Of a stretch of 64,000 nucleotides of DNA, positions 18,828-28,128 are shown in pieces. The first letter of the stretch is position 1, and each line of letters opens with the position of its first letter. The position numbers were made by a program, and so were the translations under genes. The stretch lies in contig JAYSWN010000001.1 in NCBI GenBank assembly GCA_043718025.1, positions 1 to 64,000 on the forward strand. Reading direction: 5' to 3'. The DNA comes from Pseudomonadota bacterium. GTDB taxonomy: Bacteria > Bdellovibrionota > FAC87 > UBA2466. Under the pieces are notes generated by a model that was not told the DNA's origin, did no database searches, and saw only the letters and a program-made list of their open reading frames with translations.

Positions 18828-20888
18828 ATGGCGCAGAGTTGTCTTTGGATAGTGGCGTTCCCTTTCTCGGCCTTTTTAATTCAGGCTTGGATTGGTAAAA
18901 AGCTGCCCCGTCACGGGGATTTTATCTCGGTAATCGCTATTGCCGGCTCGTTGGCGTTGGCAACGCCGATCTTTATTCAGATGCTGAGCACGGGAAATTT
19001 GTACGACACCCTTCAGCTTAAATGGATCGCGCTTCCCGGGGTGCCCTCCGCCGGGCTAAAAGGGGCTCAAGGGTATGAACTCGTGATTGGCGTGCTGGTG
19101 AACAACCTAACCGCCATCATGTTGTTCATGGTTACGCTGTGTTCGACCCTGATTCACCTCTTCTCCGTGGGCTACATGCACGGTGAAGATCGGTATCATC
19201 TCTTTTTCGCTTACATCTCTTTGTTCTCGGCTGCGATGTTGGGCTTGGTTATTTCCGATAACTTGCTCACCTTCTTTATCTGTTGGGAGCTGATGGGCCT
19301 ATGCTCGTACCTGTTAATTGGTTTCTATTACAAAAAGCCGTCGGCCATTAACGCCAGCATAAAAGCCTTTATGACCACCCGTGTGGGTGACACCTGTTTT
19401 TTTATGGGCATTTGCGGGGTTTATTACCTGTTCGGAACCACCAATTTCATGGAGATTTACGGGGCGGTAAAAAATAACGTGGGCCACGATGTCCTGATTT
19501 TGGGGCTGCCGGCATACACGTTTATTGGTTTGATGATCATGATGGGCACGATTGGAAAGTCGGCCCAGTTTCCTCTGCACATCTGGTTGCCCGATGCGAT
19601 GGAAGGCCCCACTCCGGTGAGCGCCCTTATTCATGCGGCTACCATGGTGGCGGCCGGCGTTTTTCTTTTGATTCGCACCTATCCGTTGCTCGAAGCCTCG
19701 CACGGGGTGTTGACGATTATCGCCTACGTTGGCGTGATTACGGCCTTTCTGGCGTCGCTTATTGCCATCGTGCAGACCGACATCAAGAAGGTGCTCGCTT
19801 ACTCAACCATCAGTCAGCTTGGTTTCATGGTGCTGGGCGTGGGGGTCGGGGCGTTCGGCGCTGCCTTTATGCATTTGGTGACTCACGCTTGTTTCAAGGC
19901 CTGTTTATTCTTGTGTTCGGGCAGCGTGATTCACGCCGTACACACTCAGGACATGCGCGAAATGGGCGGGTTGCGTACTAAGATGCCTTGGACATTTGCG
20001 TGCATGCTCATTGCCACCTTGGCGATTAGTGGCCTTCCGTTCTTCTCAGGTTTTGTGAGTAAGGATCGAGTCTTGGCCGGGGCGCTGGCTTTTGGCATGG
20101 AACACGCTCATCACATGCTGATCCCTATTCTTGGTTTTGTAACCGCCGGCATCACCGCGTTTTACATGTTTCGCCTGATCTACATGACCTTCTTCGGCGC
20201 AGCGCGCGATGAGCATAAGCATCACCATGCGCACGAACAGCCGTTGATCATGGTTTTTCCCTTGGTGGTTTTGGCCGCTTGTTCTTTGTCTCTCTGGTTT
20301 TCGGGCCCCACTGGTTTGGATTTAGTGGACAGTGTGCTGCCGGTGAAATGGTTTGAACACAGTGTGGAGGCTTCGCAGGTGGCGATGGGCATTGGCGCTC
20401 ACCATGGAAATGAAGAGATTCATCACACCGCCCACAACTTGGCGCTGATTTTATCGTTGTTATTGGCCGGTGGCGGCATTCTGCTTTCTTCGCTGGTTTA
20501 CCTACGGCGGATTATCAGCCCCGATACGTTAAAGCGGCTGTTCGGGCCGATGCACCATATTTTGTGGCATAAATATTTTTTTGATGAGCTGTACGTCGGT
20601 TTCTTCATCAAGAAGGTGCTGTTGTCATGGAATCGCATGCTGGCGGCGTTTGATAACCGTGTGGTGGATGCCATCTTCGTGGATGGCTGGAGCAAAGTGG
20701 TGATGGTGCTGCGCACCGTTGTCGGTAAGTTCGACGAGATTTTTGTTGATCGGCTATTTGTTGATGGCGCCGGAGATATGGTCACCGTGAGTGGCTGGGT
20801 AGTGCGTCGTTTTCAAACTGGCCGGGTACAGCAGTATTTGATTTTTTCGTTGTTGGCGCTCGGAGTTGTGTTCTGGGCGTTGAAATAG
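18828..20888 (+). CDS. nuoL: NADH-quinone oxidoreductase subunit L (set 1), extended amphipathic helix
   Basis: WELMGLCSY, GKSAQFPLHIWLPDAMEGPTPVSALIHAATMV, DIKKVLAYST, THACFKA, GFVSKD, QTG. Confidence 0.97.
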   Translation: MAQSCLWIVAFPFSAFLIQAWIGKKLPRHGDFISVIAIAGSLALATPIFIQMLSTGNLYDTLQLKWIALPGVPSAGLKGAQGYELVIGVLVNNLTAIMLFMVTLCSTLIHLFSVGYMHGEDRYHLFFAYISLFSAAMLGLVISDNLLTFFICWELMGLCSYLLIGFYYKKPSAINASIKAFMTTRVGDTCFFMGICGVYYLFGTTNFMEIYGAVKNNVGHDVLILGLPAYTFIGLMIMMGTIGKSAQFPLHIWLPDAMEGPTPVSALIHAATMVAAGVFLLIRTYPLLEASHGVLTIIAYVGVITAFLASLIAIVQTDIKKVLAYSTISQLGFMVLGVGVGAFGAAFMHLVTHACFKACLFLCSGSVIHAVHTQDMREMGGLRTKMPWTFACMLIATLAISGLPFFSGFVSKDRVLAGALAFGMEHAHHMLIPILGFVTAGITAFYMFRLIYMTFFGAARDEHKHHHAHEQPLIMVFPLVVLAACSLSLWFSGPTGLDLVDSVLPVKWFEHSVEASQVAMGIGAHHGNEEIHHTAHNLALILSLLLAGGGILLSSLVYLRRIISPDTLKRLFGPMHHILWHKYFFDELYVGFFIKKVLLSWNRMLAAFDNRVVDAIFVDGWSKVVMVLRTVVGKFDEIFVDRLFVDGAGDMVTVSGWVVRRFQTGRVQQYLIFSLLALGVVFWALK

Positions 20889-20906
20889 AGAGGCGTTGAA
20901 GGATCT

Positions 20907-22412
20907 ATGCTTAGTCTAATGACGTTTGTCCCGCTGATCGGGATGGTAGTGGTCTTATGTCTCCCCAAAGATAAGCCGCAGTGGATTCGGCTGGCCAGTG
21001 TGGTCACCACGTTTATCCCCTTAGCGCTCGCCGCCAAGCTGTTTATGGAATTCGACCGGACCAATCCGGGCATTCAATTCACCGAACGCATGATGTGGAT
21101 TCCGATGTTCAACATCGAATACTACATGGGGGTCGACGGATTGAGCGTCGGCATGGTGATTTTAACCGCGCTGCTGTCTTTTCTTTGTATTTTTGCTTCG
21201 TGGACCATCGACTATGGCGTCAAAGGCTACTTTGCGATGTTTCTATTTTTAGAAGCGGGAATGATGGGCGTGTTCTGCGCTTTAGATTTTTTCCTGTTCT
21301 TCATGTTCTGGGAAGTGATGCTGCTTCCCATGTACTTTCTCATCGGTATTTGGGGCGGCAAAAACAAAGTTTACGCCGCGATCAAATTCTTTCTCTACAC
21401 CCTATTTGGTTCGGTGCTGATGCTGCTCGTTATGGTGGGCATGTATTACTACTCTGACGCTCACACCTTCGACCTTATTAAATTGGCGGCTACGCATCCT
21501 TTCGCGGGTAAAACTATCTCGTTGTTCGGTAGCCAATTTGCGATGGACAAGATTTTCTGGGTGGGCCTTTTTATTGGTTTTGCCATCAAGGTTCCGGTGT
21601 GGCCGTTTCACACCTGGCTGCCTTGGGCGCACGTGGAAGCACCAACTGCCGTATCGGTGATTTTGGCCGGCGTACTTCTGAAAATGGGTACCTACGGAAT
21701 TCTCCGCATGAACTTTCCCATTCTTCCCGAAGCCACCATGTGGGCAGCAAACGCCATGGCATTGCTCGGCGTAATCAATATTCTTTACGGGGCGTTCTGC
21801 GCGATGGCGCAAACCGATCTCAAAAAGCTGGTGGCTTACTCTTCGGTTTCTCACATGGGTTACGTGATGCTGGGCATGTCCACCTTTACGGTGGCGGGCG
21901 TGAACGGTGCCGTTCTCCAAATGGTGAACCATGGCCTTTCGACCGCCATGATGTTCCTTTTGGTCGGCATCATTTATGAACGCGCGCATCACCGTTGGAT
22001 TGTGAAGCCGGACGGCAGCCGTGGTTTTGGCGGCATTGCCGGCGTAGTGCCGGTGTTTACCGGAGTTTCCGCCATTGCCTTGTTTGCTTCGTTGGGCCTT
22101 CCCGGCCTCAATGGTTTTATCAGTGAAGCCATGGTTTTCATGGGAGCGTTTTCGGTGCCGCGTTTACAAACATTAACGGTGATTGGCTCTCTAGGAATCG
22201 TGCTGGGCGCCGCTTACTTGTTGTGGATGTTTATGCGGGTTTATTTGGGGCCGTTGAACGAAGAGTACAAAGACTTGCCTGACATGAATTGGCGCGAGCG
22301 GCTCACGTTGGCGCCATTGATCGTGTTGGTAATTCTTTTGGGCGTTTATCCCATGCCGGTGCTCGACCTGATGTCGGCAACGGTGGCTAAACTTCTGACG
22401 ATTTTCACCTAA
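20907..22412 (+). CDS. nuoM: NADH-quinone oxidoreductase subunit M (set 1)
   Basis: GVDGLS, FWEVML.PM, IKVP..PFHTWLP.AHVEAP, LLKMGTYG, AYSSVSHMG, GFISE. Confidence 0.97.
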   Translation: MLSLMTFVPLIGMVVVLCLPKDKPQWIRLASVVTTFIPLALAAKLFMEFDRTNPGIQFTERMMWIPMFNIEYYMGVDGLSVGMVILTALLSFLCIFASWTIDYGVKGYFAMFLFLEAGMMGVFCALDFFLFFMFWEVMLLPMYFLIGIWGGKNKVYAAIKFFLYTLFGSVLMLLVMVGMYYYSDAHTFDLIKLAATHPFAGKTISLFGSQFAMDKIFWVGLFIGFAIKVPVWPFHTWLPWAHVEAPTAVSVILAGVLLKMGTYGILRMNFPILPEATMWAANAMALLGVINILYGAFCAMAQTDLKKLVAYSSVSHMGYVMLGMSTFTVAGVNGAVLQMVNHGLSTAMMFLLVGIIYERAHHRWIVKPDGSRGFGGIAGVVPVFTGVSAIALFASLGLPGLNGFISEAMVFMGAFSVPRLQTLTVIGSLGIVLGAAYLLWMFMRVYLGPLNEEYKDLPDMNWRERLTLAPLIVLVILLGVYPMPVLDLMSATVAKLLTIFT

Positions 22413-22421
22413 AGGTTGGCC

Positions 22422-23927
22422 GTGATTCAAAATGCCGTTGAAAGTTTAAAGTGGTTTGCTCCAGAAGCTGTTTTAGTCACGTTTTTGGTGCTCATCTTTA
22501 TAACTGATGCGTTTTTGCCCAAGGCGCGATCGACTTCGCTCTCCTTTATGTTGGGTTGTTTGGGTTTGGTGGCTTCGATTGCCGCAACCCTCAAATTAAT
22601 GCCCTTGGCCCCGTCGATGTACTTCTCGGGAGTGGTGGCGCACGATGGCCTTTCTAGCTTTTTCCGCATCCTCGCGTTTTCCGCCGGAATTTTAGGTCTC
22701 TACGCCGCCTACGGCTCGAAAGAGCTCGAAGTAAAATATCGTAACGAGTACGCCATTCTAATTTTGTGTACGGTGTTTGGAATGAGTTTGATGGCGATTT
22801 CCACCAACCTCATCATGCTCTACATCGGTATTGAAACGGTGAGCATTATTTCGTTTGCGTTGGCCGGCCTAAATCGCGAAAGCCTGCGATCGAATGAGGC
22901 GTCGTTAAAGTATTTGATCTACGGCGCGTTATCGTCTGGCCTGATGATCTACGGCTTTTCGTTGTTATACGGCATCACCGGCTCGTTGCAATACGACGAG
23001 ATTCGCTCAAGCCTAATGGCAATGAATATGGCGGAGCCGCCGGCGGTTCTTCAGATTGCGATCTTACTGGTGTTTGGCGGTTTGGCTTTCAAGATTTCGG
23101 CATTTCCCATGCATTTCTGGACTCCAGACGTATACGAAGGGGCGCCCACTCCCGTGGTCACCTTCTTTTCGGTTGGCCCTAAAGCTGCCGGCATGGCGGC
23201 ATTGATTCGTATTTTTTATGGGGTGTTCGCCATCAAGGGCGCCGACATGACGTGGACCGTGATGCCCGGCAGTAACCTGCTTTTGGGCCTCTCAATCGTT
23301 TCTGCCCTTACCATGTTCGTAGGAAATGTTTCGGCACTGGCGCAGGTTAGCGTGAAGCGAATGCTGGCCTATTCAAGTATCGCGCACGTGGGGTACCTAT
23401 TGATGGGCCTGGTGGCGATGAATGAAAAAGGGCTCGTTGCCGTGCTTTTTTATCTCGTAGTTTATTATCTGATGAACGTGGGCGCCTTCATCGTGACTGG
23501 TCTGGTCATTGAAGCGCGCGGTTCAGACGACGTAGAATCCTTTCGTGGTATCGGTTGGACCAATCCCTACCTTGGGGTTTGTATGGCGGTGTTTCTGTTT
23601 TCTTTAACCGGCATTCCGGTGTTCGGTGGTTTCGTCGGCAAATTTTTACTTTTCGGCTCGGTGATTGATGCCCCCAATTTCTTGTGGTTGGCAATTTGGG
23701 GCGTGCTCAACAGCGTGGTGTCTTTGTACTATTACGCCCGCATCGTGAAGGCGATGTGGCTGGATAAGCCGGTGACGGCATCGGCTCAGACGCTGCCCCG
23801 CATCCATTTAAGTTCATTTCATTTTGTGGGCCTCTTTTTGTTGGCCGTGCCCACAGTTCTGCTTGGGCTGTTCTTCAGCCCGGTGGTGCGGATGGCGAAG
23901 GCTTCAGTGGCGGCGTTACTCTCATAA
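22422..23927 (+). CDS. nuoN: NADH-quinone oxidoreductase subunit N (set 1)
   Basis: EASLKY, FKIS.FPMHFWTPDVYEGAP, KRMLAYSSIAH, GFVGK, YYY.R. GTG 22422 preferred (AAGGT RBS) over TTG 22416. Confidence 0.96.
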   Translation: MIQNAVESLKWFAPEAVLVTFLVLIFITDAFLPKARSTSLSFMLGCLGLVASIAATLKLMPLAPSMYFSGVVAHDGLSSFFRILAFSAGILGLYAAYGSKELEVKYRNEYAILILCTVFGMSLMAISTNLIMLYIGIETVSIISFALAGLNRESLRSNEASLKYLIYGALSSGLMIYGFSLLYGITGSLQYDEIRSSLMAMNMAEPPAVLQIAILLVFGGLAFKISAFPMHFWTPDVYEGAPTPVVTFFSVGPKAAGMAALIRIFYGVFAIKGADMTWTVMPGSNLLLGLSIVSALTMFVGNVSALAQVSVKRMLAYSSIAHVGYLLMGLVAMNEKGLVAVLFYLVVYYLMNVGAFIVTGLVIEARGSDDVESFRGIGWTNPYLGVCMAVFLFSLTGIPVFGGFVGKFLLFGSVIDAPNFLWLAIWGVLNSVVSLYYYARIVKAMWLDKPVTASAQTLPRIHLSSFHFVGLFLLAVPTVLLGLFFSPVVRMAKASVAALLS

Positions 23928-23945
23928 TTATGATTAGGGAGTCTC

Positions 23946-24311
23946 TTGGTAACCTATCTTCCGATAGCAATTTTATTTCTCTTCGGCGCGGGCATGGGAG
24001 TGGTCATTATTGCGCTGTCGAGTTTTCTCGGGCCGCGTAACTACAACTCGACCAATCTCAGTACCTACGAATGCGGAGTGACCCCTGAAGGCAGCGCCCG
24101 CATTCCTTTTAAGAGCCGTTTTTACCTTATCGCCGTTTTATTTTTGTTGTTTGACGTAGAAGCGGTCTTCTTTTTTCCGTGGGCGTTGGTTTATCGTGAA
24201 TCGGTTCGTCAAGACGCCGGGCTGCTTATTGCGATGTTGGTTTACATGGCGTTTTTAATCTTGGGGTTGGTCTATGTGTTTCGTAAGAACGTGTTGGAGA
24301 CTGACCAGTGA
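23946..24311 (+). CDS. nuoA: NADH-quinone oxidoreductase subunit A (set 2)
   Basis: YECG, RFYLIAVLFLLFDVE..FFFPWA; TTG start after GGGAG. Confidence 0.95.
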   Translation: MVTYLPIAILFLFGAGMGVVIIALSSFLGPRNYNSTNLSTYECGVTPEGSARIPFKSRFYLIAVLFLLFDVEAVFFFPWALVYRESVRQDAGLLIAMLVYMAFLILGLVYVFRKNVLETDQ

Positions 24312-25378
24312 CGGCAATCATGGAGCTGTCGCTCAATTCATTTAAGATTTTTCTTCTCTTTTTCTCCATCGTTAACGTGGTGCCCGTGATGCTTTGGGTT
24401 GAACGGCGAATGGCGGGTCTGATGCAAGATCGCCCCGGCCCAAACCGCGTCGGACCTTTTGGCCTGTTTCAAGCCGTGGCCGACGTCGTAAAGTTTTTCT
24501 GGAAGATGGACCCGATTCCGCAGAATGCAAATCGCGTCTTATACGTGCTTGCCCCGTTGCTCGCGCTTATTCCGGCCACCCTGGTGATTGCTACGCTGCC
24601 GTTTGCCGACTTCGTTGTTTTGTGGGATCGCGAATTCCATCTCCAGATAACTGACCTTAACGTTGGCATACTTTACATGATGGCGATTGGGTCGTTAGGC
24701 GCCTACGGCATATTGTTTGGCGGATGGGCTTCGAATAATAAGTTTTCGCTATTGGGTGCACTGCGGGCGGCCTCGCAATTAATTAGCTACGAAATTCCGT
24801 TGGGACTGGCCGCCACCGGCGCCGTTCTATTTTATGGCACGTACTCCTTGCGCAGTATGGTGTTAATTCAAGACGGCACCATTTTTGGGGTGCTGCCGAA
24901 GTGGGGCATCTTTTTTCAGCCGCTCGGATTTATGATTTTTTTTATCGCCTCGTTAGCGGAAACTAACCGCATTCCATTCGACCTGCCTGAATCCGAAGGG
25001 GAGTTGGTGGCGGGTTTTCACACTGAGTACGGAAGCATGAAGTTCGCCATGTTCATGATGGCGGAATATATGAATCTGGCCACCATGTCGGCTCTCATGA
25101 CCACGATGTATTTCGGCGGTTGGCACTTGCCTTGGATTACTGACGCGAGCCTGCTCAGCTGGTTGGGCGGTAGTCGAAATTTAATGGCCGTGGTGCAGCT
25201 CGGGGTTTTCTTCGCTAAGGTTTATTCCTTTCTGCTTGTGTACGTTTGGATTCGCTGGACGTTGCCACGCTTTAGATTTGACCAACTGATGCGCATGGCC
25301 TGGCGAAATCTCACGCCGTTTGCCCTGTTGAACTTGGTAGTTACCGCCGTGCTTCTTTATTTCTGGGAGCAGCGATGA
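24308..25378 (+). CDS. nuoH: NADH-quinone oxidoreductase subunit H (set 2)
   Basis: ERR..QDRPGPNRVGP, SQLISYE, AETNRIPFDLPESEGELVAG, RWTLPRFRFDQL. Confidence 0.97.
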   Translation: MTAIMELSLNSFKIFLLFFSIVNVVPVMLWVERRMAGLMQDRPGPNRVGPFGLFQAVADVVKFFWKMDPIPQNANRVLYVLAPLLALIPATLVIATLPFADFVVLWDREFHLQITDLNVGILYMMAIGSLGAYGILFGGWASNNKFSLLGALRAASQLISYEIPLGLAATGAVLFYGTYSLRSMVLIQDGTIFGVLPKWGIFFQPLGFMIFFIASLAETNRIPFDLPESEGELVAGFHTEYGSMKFAMFMMAEYMNLATMSALMTTMYFGGWHLPWITDASLLSWLGGSRNLMAVVQLGVFFAKVYSFLLVYVWIRWTLPRFRFDQLMRMAWRNLTPFALLNLVVTAVLLYFWEQR

Positions 25379-25905
25379 AAGAAATTCTATTCACCGCGTT
25401 TGGATTGTTGTCGCTGGCGAGCGCTCTGATGGTTGTTTTGGCATCGAGTCCCATCTTCAGCGCCTTAGGCCTACTGTTTAGTCTCTTTGGTCTGTCGGCC
25501 CTGTATCTGATCTGGGGATCGGCATTTTTATCGGTGATTCAAATTTTGATTTACGCCGGCGCGATCGTGGTGCTGTTTGTTTTCGTCGTGATGTTGCTCG
25601 ACCTCTCCAACACCATTGATACGGGCAAAGGGGCGGGATGGTTTGCCACGTTACTGGCCACTTCTACCGGCTGGCTATTTTCTCTGTTTTTGCTACGGGC
25701 ATTGAATCGCGGAGTGTTTGCCTCGGCTCCCGACGGTAAGATGATGGGAAGCCTACGGGTGGTCTCTCAAGTGCTGTTCAGAGAGTATCTGTGGCCGTTT
25801 GAAATTCTTTCGGTGTTTCTTTTGGCCGTGATTATCGCCGCCTACTGTTTGGCCCGGCCAGAGACGCTCGATGACGACAATGGCGCCGGTGGAGGGACGC
25901 GATGA
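25375..25905 (+). CDS. nuoJ: NADH-quinone oxidoreductase subunit J (set 2)
   Basis: QILIYAGAIVVLFVFVVMLL, YLWPFE. Confidence 0.94.
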   Translation: MKEILFTAFGLLSLASALMVVLASSPIFSALGLLFSLFGLSALYLIWGSAFLSVIQILIYAGAIVVLFVFVVMLLDLSNTIDTGKGAGWFATLLATSTGWLFSLFLLRALNRGVFASAPDGKMMGSLRVVSQVLFREYLWPFEILSVFLLAVIIAAYCLARPETLDDDNGAGGGTR

Positions 25906-26222
25906 TTGCTACTTACTCAGCCTCTATGTTGTCGTGGAGCCACTACGTGGCCATTGCACTCTTTGGCATTGGATTAACTGGGTTTTTGTTGCGTCGTAAC
26001 GCGATCGTAGTTTTGATGTGCGTTGAACTAATGCTGAACGCCGTGAATCTCATTTTTTTGGAAGTGTCGATGCGCACGCAATCGCACGAGGGCCTTCTCT
26101 TCGTGGTGTTTGTGGTGACGGTCGCGGCGGCAGAAGCGGCCATTGGCCTTGCCATTCTGTTGAACCTGTACCGCAAACAGGGAACTTTAGAGCTCAACCT
26201 TTTCCGGATGTTGCAGGGGTAA
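25902..26222 (+). CDS. nuoK: NADH-quinone oxidoreductase subunit K (set 2)
   Basis: RRN..MCVELMLNAVNL, VAAAEAAIGLA. Confidence 0.95.
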   Translation: MIATYSASMLSWSHYVAIALFGIGLTGFLLRRNAIVVLMCVELMLNAVNLIFLEVSMRTQSHEGLLFVVFVVTVAAAEAAIGLAILLNLYRKQGTLELNLFRMLQG

Positions 26223-26226
26223 TGCG

Positions 26227-28128
26227 ATGAAAACGGCATTTTACATCTTGTTACTCGCCCCCTGGATCGGTTGCGTGATCAACGGCTTCTTATGGAAAGT
26301 CTTGAAGCAGACGGCTTCAGTACGTCGCTCGGGGGTGATTGCCACGTTTGCGGCGGGCACTTCTTTTGTCGCGGCGCTGGTTTTGTTTTTGTCCTTAGCC
26401 CAAGGGCAAGAGGCAGTTGAGTTTGCTTGGCCGTGGATAAACATTGGTGACCTCGCTCTTGACTTAGGGTTTAAGTTCGACCGCCTCACGGCCGTGATGG
26501 CGCTGTTTGTGACCGGTATTGGCACGCTCATACACCTTTATTCGATTGGCTACATGGACCACGACAAATCGCCGTCGCGGTACTTTGCGTATCTCAATTT
26601 GTTTCTAGCTAACATGCTGGTGCTCATTACCGCTACTTCGCTTCCCGTGCTTTTTATCGGTTGGGAAGGGGTGGGCTTATGCTCTTACCTGCTGATCGGT
26701 TTTTGGTTCGAAGATCCAGAAAAGGCCAAGGCCGGAATGAAGGCCTTCATCGTTAATCGCATTGGCGACGCCGGCTTCTTACTGGGTACTTTTCTACTGC
26801 TTTCAGTTTTCCACACGGTGAATTTTGCGCAGATGGCAAAGGTCATGTCCCAGCCCGACATCCTTACTCTAGTCGACATTCCTACTTTGACGGTGGCAGC
26901 AATTCTTTTGTTTATTGGGGCCATGGGTAAGTCGGCCCAACTGCCGTTATTCGTGTGGTTGCCGGATGCCATGGCTGGCCCCACGCCGGTAAGCGCGCTC
27001 ATTCATGCCGCCACCATGGTGACGGCAGGCATTTACCTTGTTTTACGTATGAATTTTTTGTTCCAGGTCACGCCACAGGCTAGCGCTTTTATTGCGGTAG
27101 TGGGCATGGCCACGGCTCTCTTCTCGGCTTTGGTGGCGACTTCGCAAAACGACATCAAAAAGGTATTGGCCTACTCGACGGTGAGTCAGCTCGGTCTGAT
27201 CTTTGTGGCGCTCGGTGCGGGGGCCTACGATGCGGGCCTATTTCACGTTATCACCCACGCCTTTTTTAAAGCCCTTCTTTTCTTGGGCGCGGGCAGTGTG
27301 ATTCACGCTCTGTCGGGCGAACAAGACATTACTCGCATGGGTGGTCTACGCAAAAAGTTGCCCACTACGTTTTGGACTTTTACCGTGGGCTGGGCCGCCA
27401 TTTGTGGGTTGCCTCCCTTCTCGGGTTTTTTCAGTAAAGACCTGATTCTGTTTAGTCTGGTTTCGGAGGGGCCTCGAGGCTGGTTTCTCTGGGGCTGCGC
27501 TTCGCTAACTTCATTGCTCACCGCTTTTTATATGACCCGCCTTTATCTTTTAGTGTTCTTCAGTGAAGAGCGGGATCATCACCATGCCCACGAAAGTCCC
27601 CTCGTGATGAAAATACCGCTGATCGTTTTGGCCGTCGGCGCGATGGTGGCTGGGTTCATTGAGCTGCCCCATCTTTTTCATATCACCTCCCGGCTGTCGC
27701 TTTTTCTTGAGGGGGTCGTACCTGTTCCCCATTTTGTTGAGGGCCCTTTGTCGGAGGGCGGCGCGATGGCCGTTGCCACCGTCGGCGCCGTCTTAGCGAT
27801 AGGATTGGCCTGGCTGATGTACGGCAAACGCCCCTTTTCACCAAGCCGAAGCCCCGTCGTTATGGTGCTGAGAGAAAAGTTTTGGGTCGATGAGTTTTAC
27901 CATCTGGTTTTTGTTACCCCTTTTGACATGGTTTCTGGGTTTCTTGCGCGCGTCGTGGACCCCCGTTTGGTAGATGGTTTTTTCGTGGGCTCGGCAAAAC
28001 TGGCTCGCTTTGGAGGAACTGTTTTGGGTTTTCTTCAGTGGGGAGCCGTGCAGTTTTACTTGTGGGTGATGGCAGCGGGTGCCGTTGTTCTGTTTTGGGT
28101 ATTTCTTAGAGGTTCGATCTTCCAATGA
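26227..28128 (+). CDS. nuoL: NADH-quinone oxidoreductase subunit L (set 2), standard-length helix
   Basis: GWEGVGLCSY, NRIGD, GKSAQLPL..WLPDAMAGPTPVSALIHAATMV, THAFFKA, GFFSKD. Confidence 0.97.
   Translation: MKTAFYILLLAPWIGCVINGFLWKVLKQTASVRRSGVIATFAAGTSFVAALVLFLSLAQGQEAVEFAWPWINIGDLALDLGFKFDRLTAVMALFVTGIGTLIHLYSIGYMDHDKSPSRYFAYLNLFLANMLVLITATSLPVLFIGWEGVGLCSYLLIGFWFEDPEKAKAGMKAFIVNRIGDAGFLLGTFLLLSVFHTVNFAQMAKVMSQPDILTLVDIPTLTVAAILLFIGAMGKSAQLPLFVWLPDAMAGPTPVSALIHAATMVTAGIYLVLRMNFLFQVTPQASAFIAVVGMATALFSALVATSQNDIKKVLAYSTVSQLGLIFVALGAGAYDAGLFHVITHAFFKALLFLGAGSVIHALSGEQDITRMGGLRKKLPTTFWTFTVGWAAICGLPPFSGFFSKDLILFSLVSEGPRGWFLWGCASLTSLLTAFYMTRLYLLVFFSEERDHHHAHESPLVMKIPLIVLAVGAMVAGFIELPHLFHITSRLSLFLEGVVPVPHFVEGPLSEGGAMAVATVGAVLAIGLAWLMYGKRPFSPSRSPVVMVLREKFWVDEFYHLVFVTPFDMVSGFLARVVDPRLVDGFFVGSAKLARFGGTVLGFLQWGAVQFYLWVMAAGAVVLFWVFLRGSIFQ

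Noticed and set aside
21610..21640. NuoM1 LPWAH instead of LPDAH as a functional change
   Set aside because: This position varies among NuoM/ND4 proteins, and the flanking H, W, P and H residues are intact.
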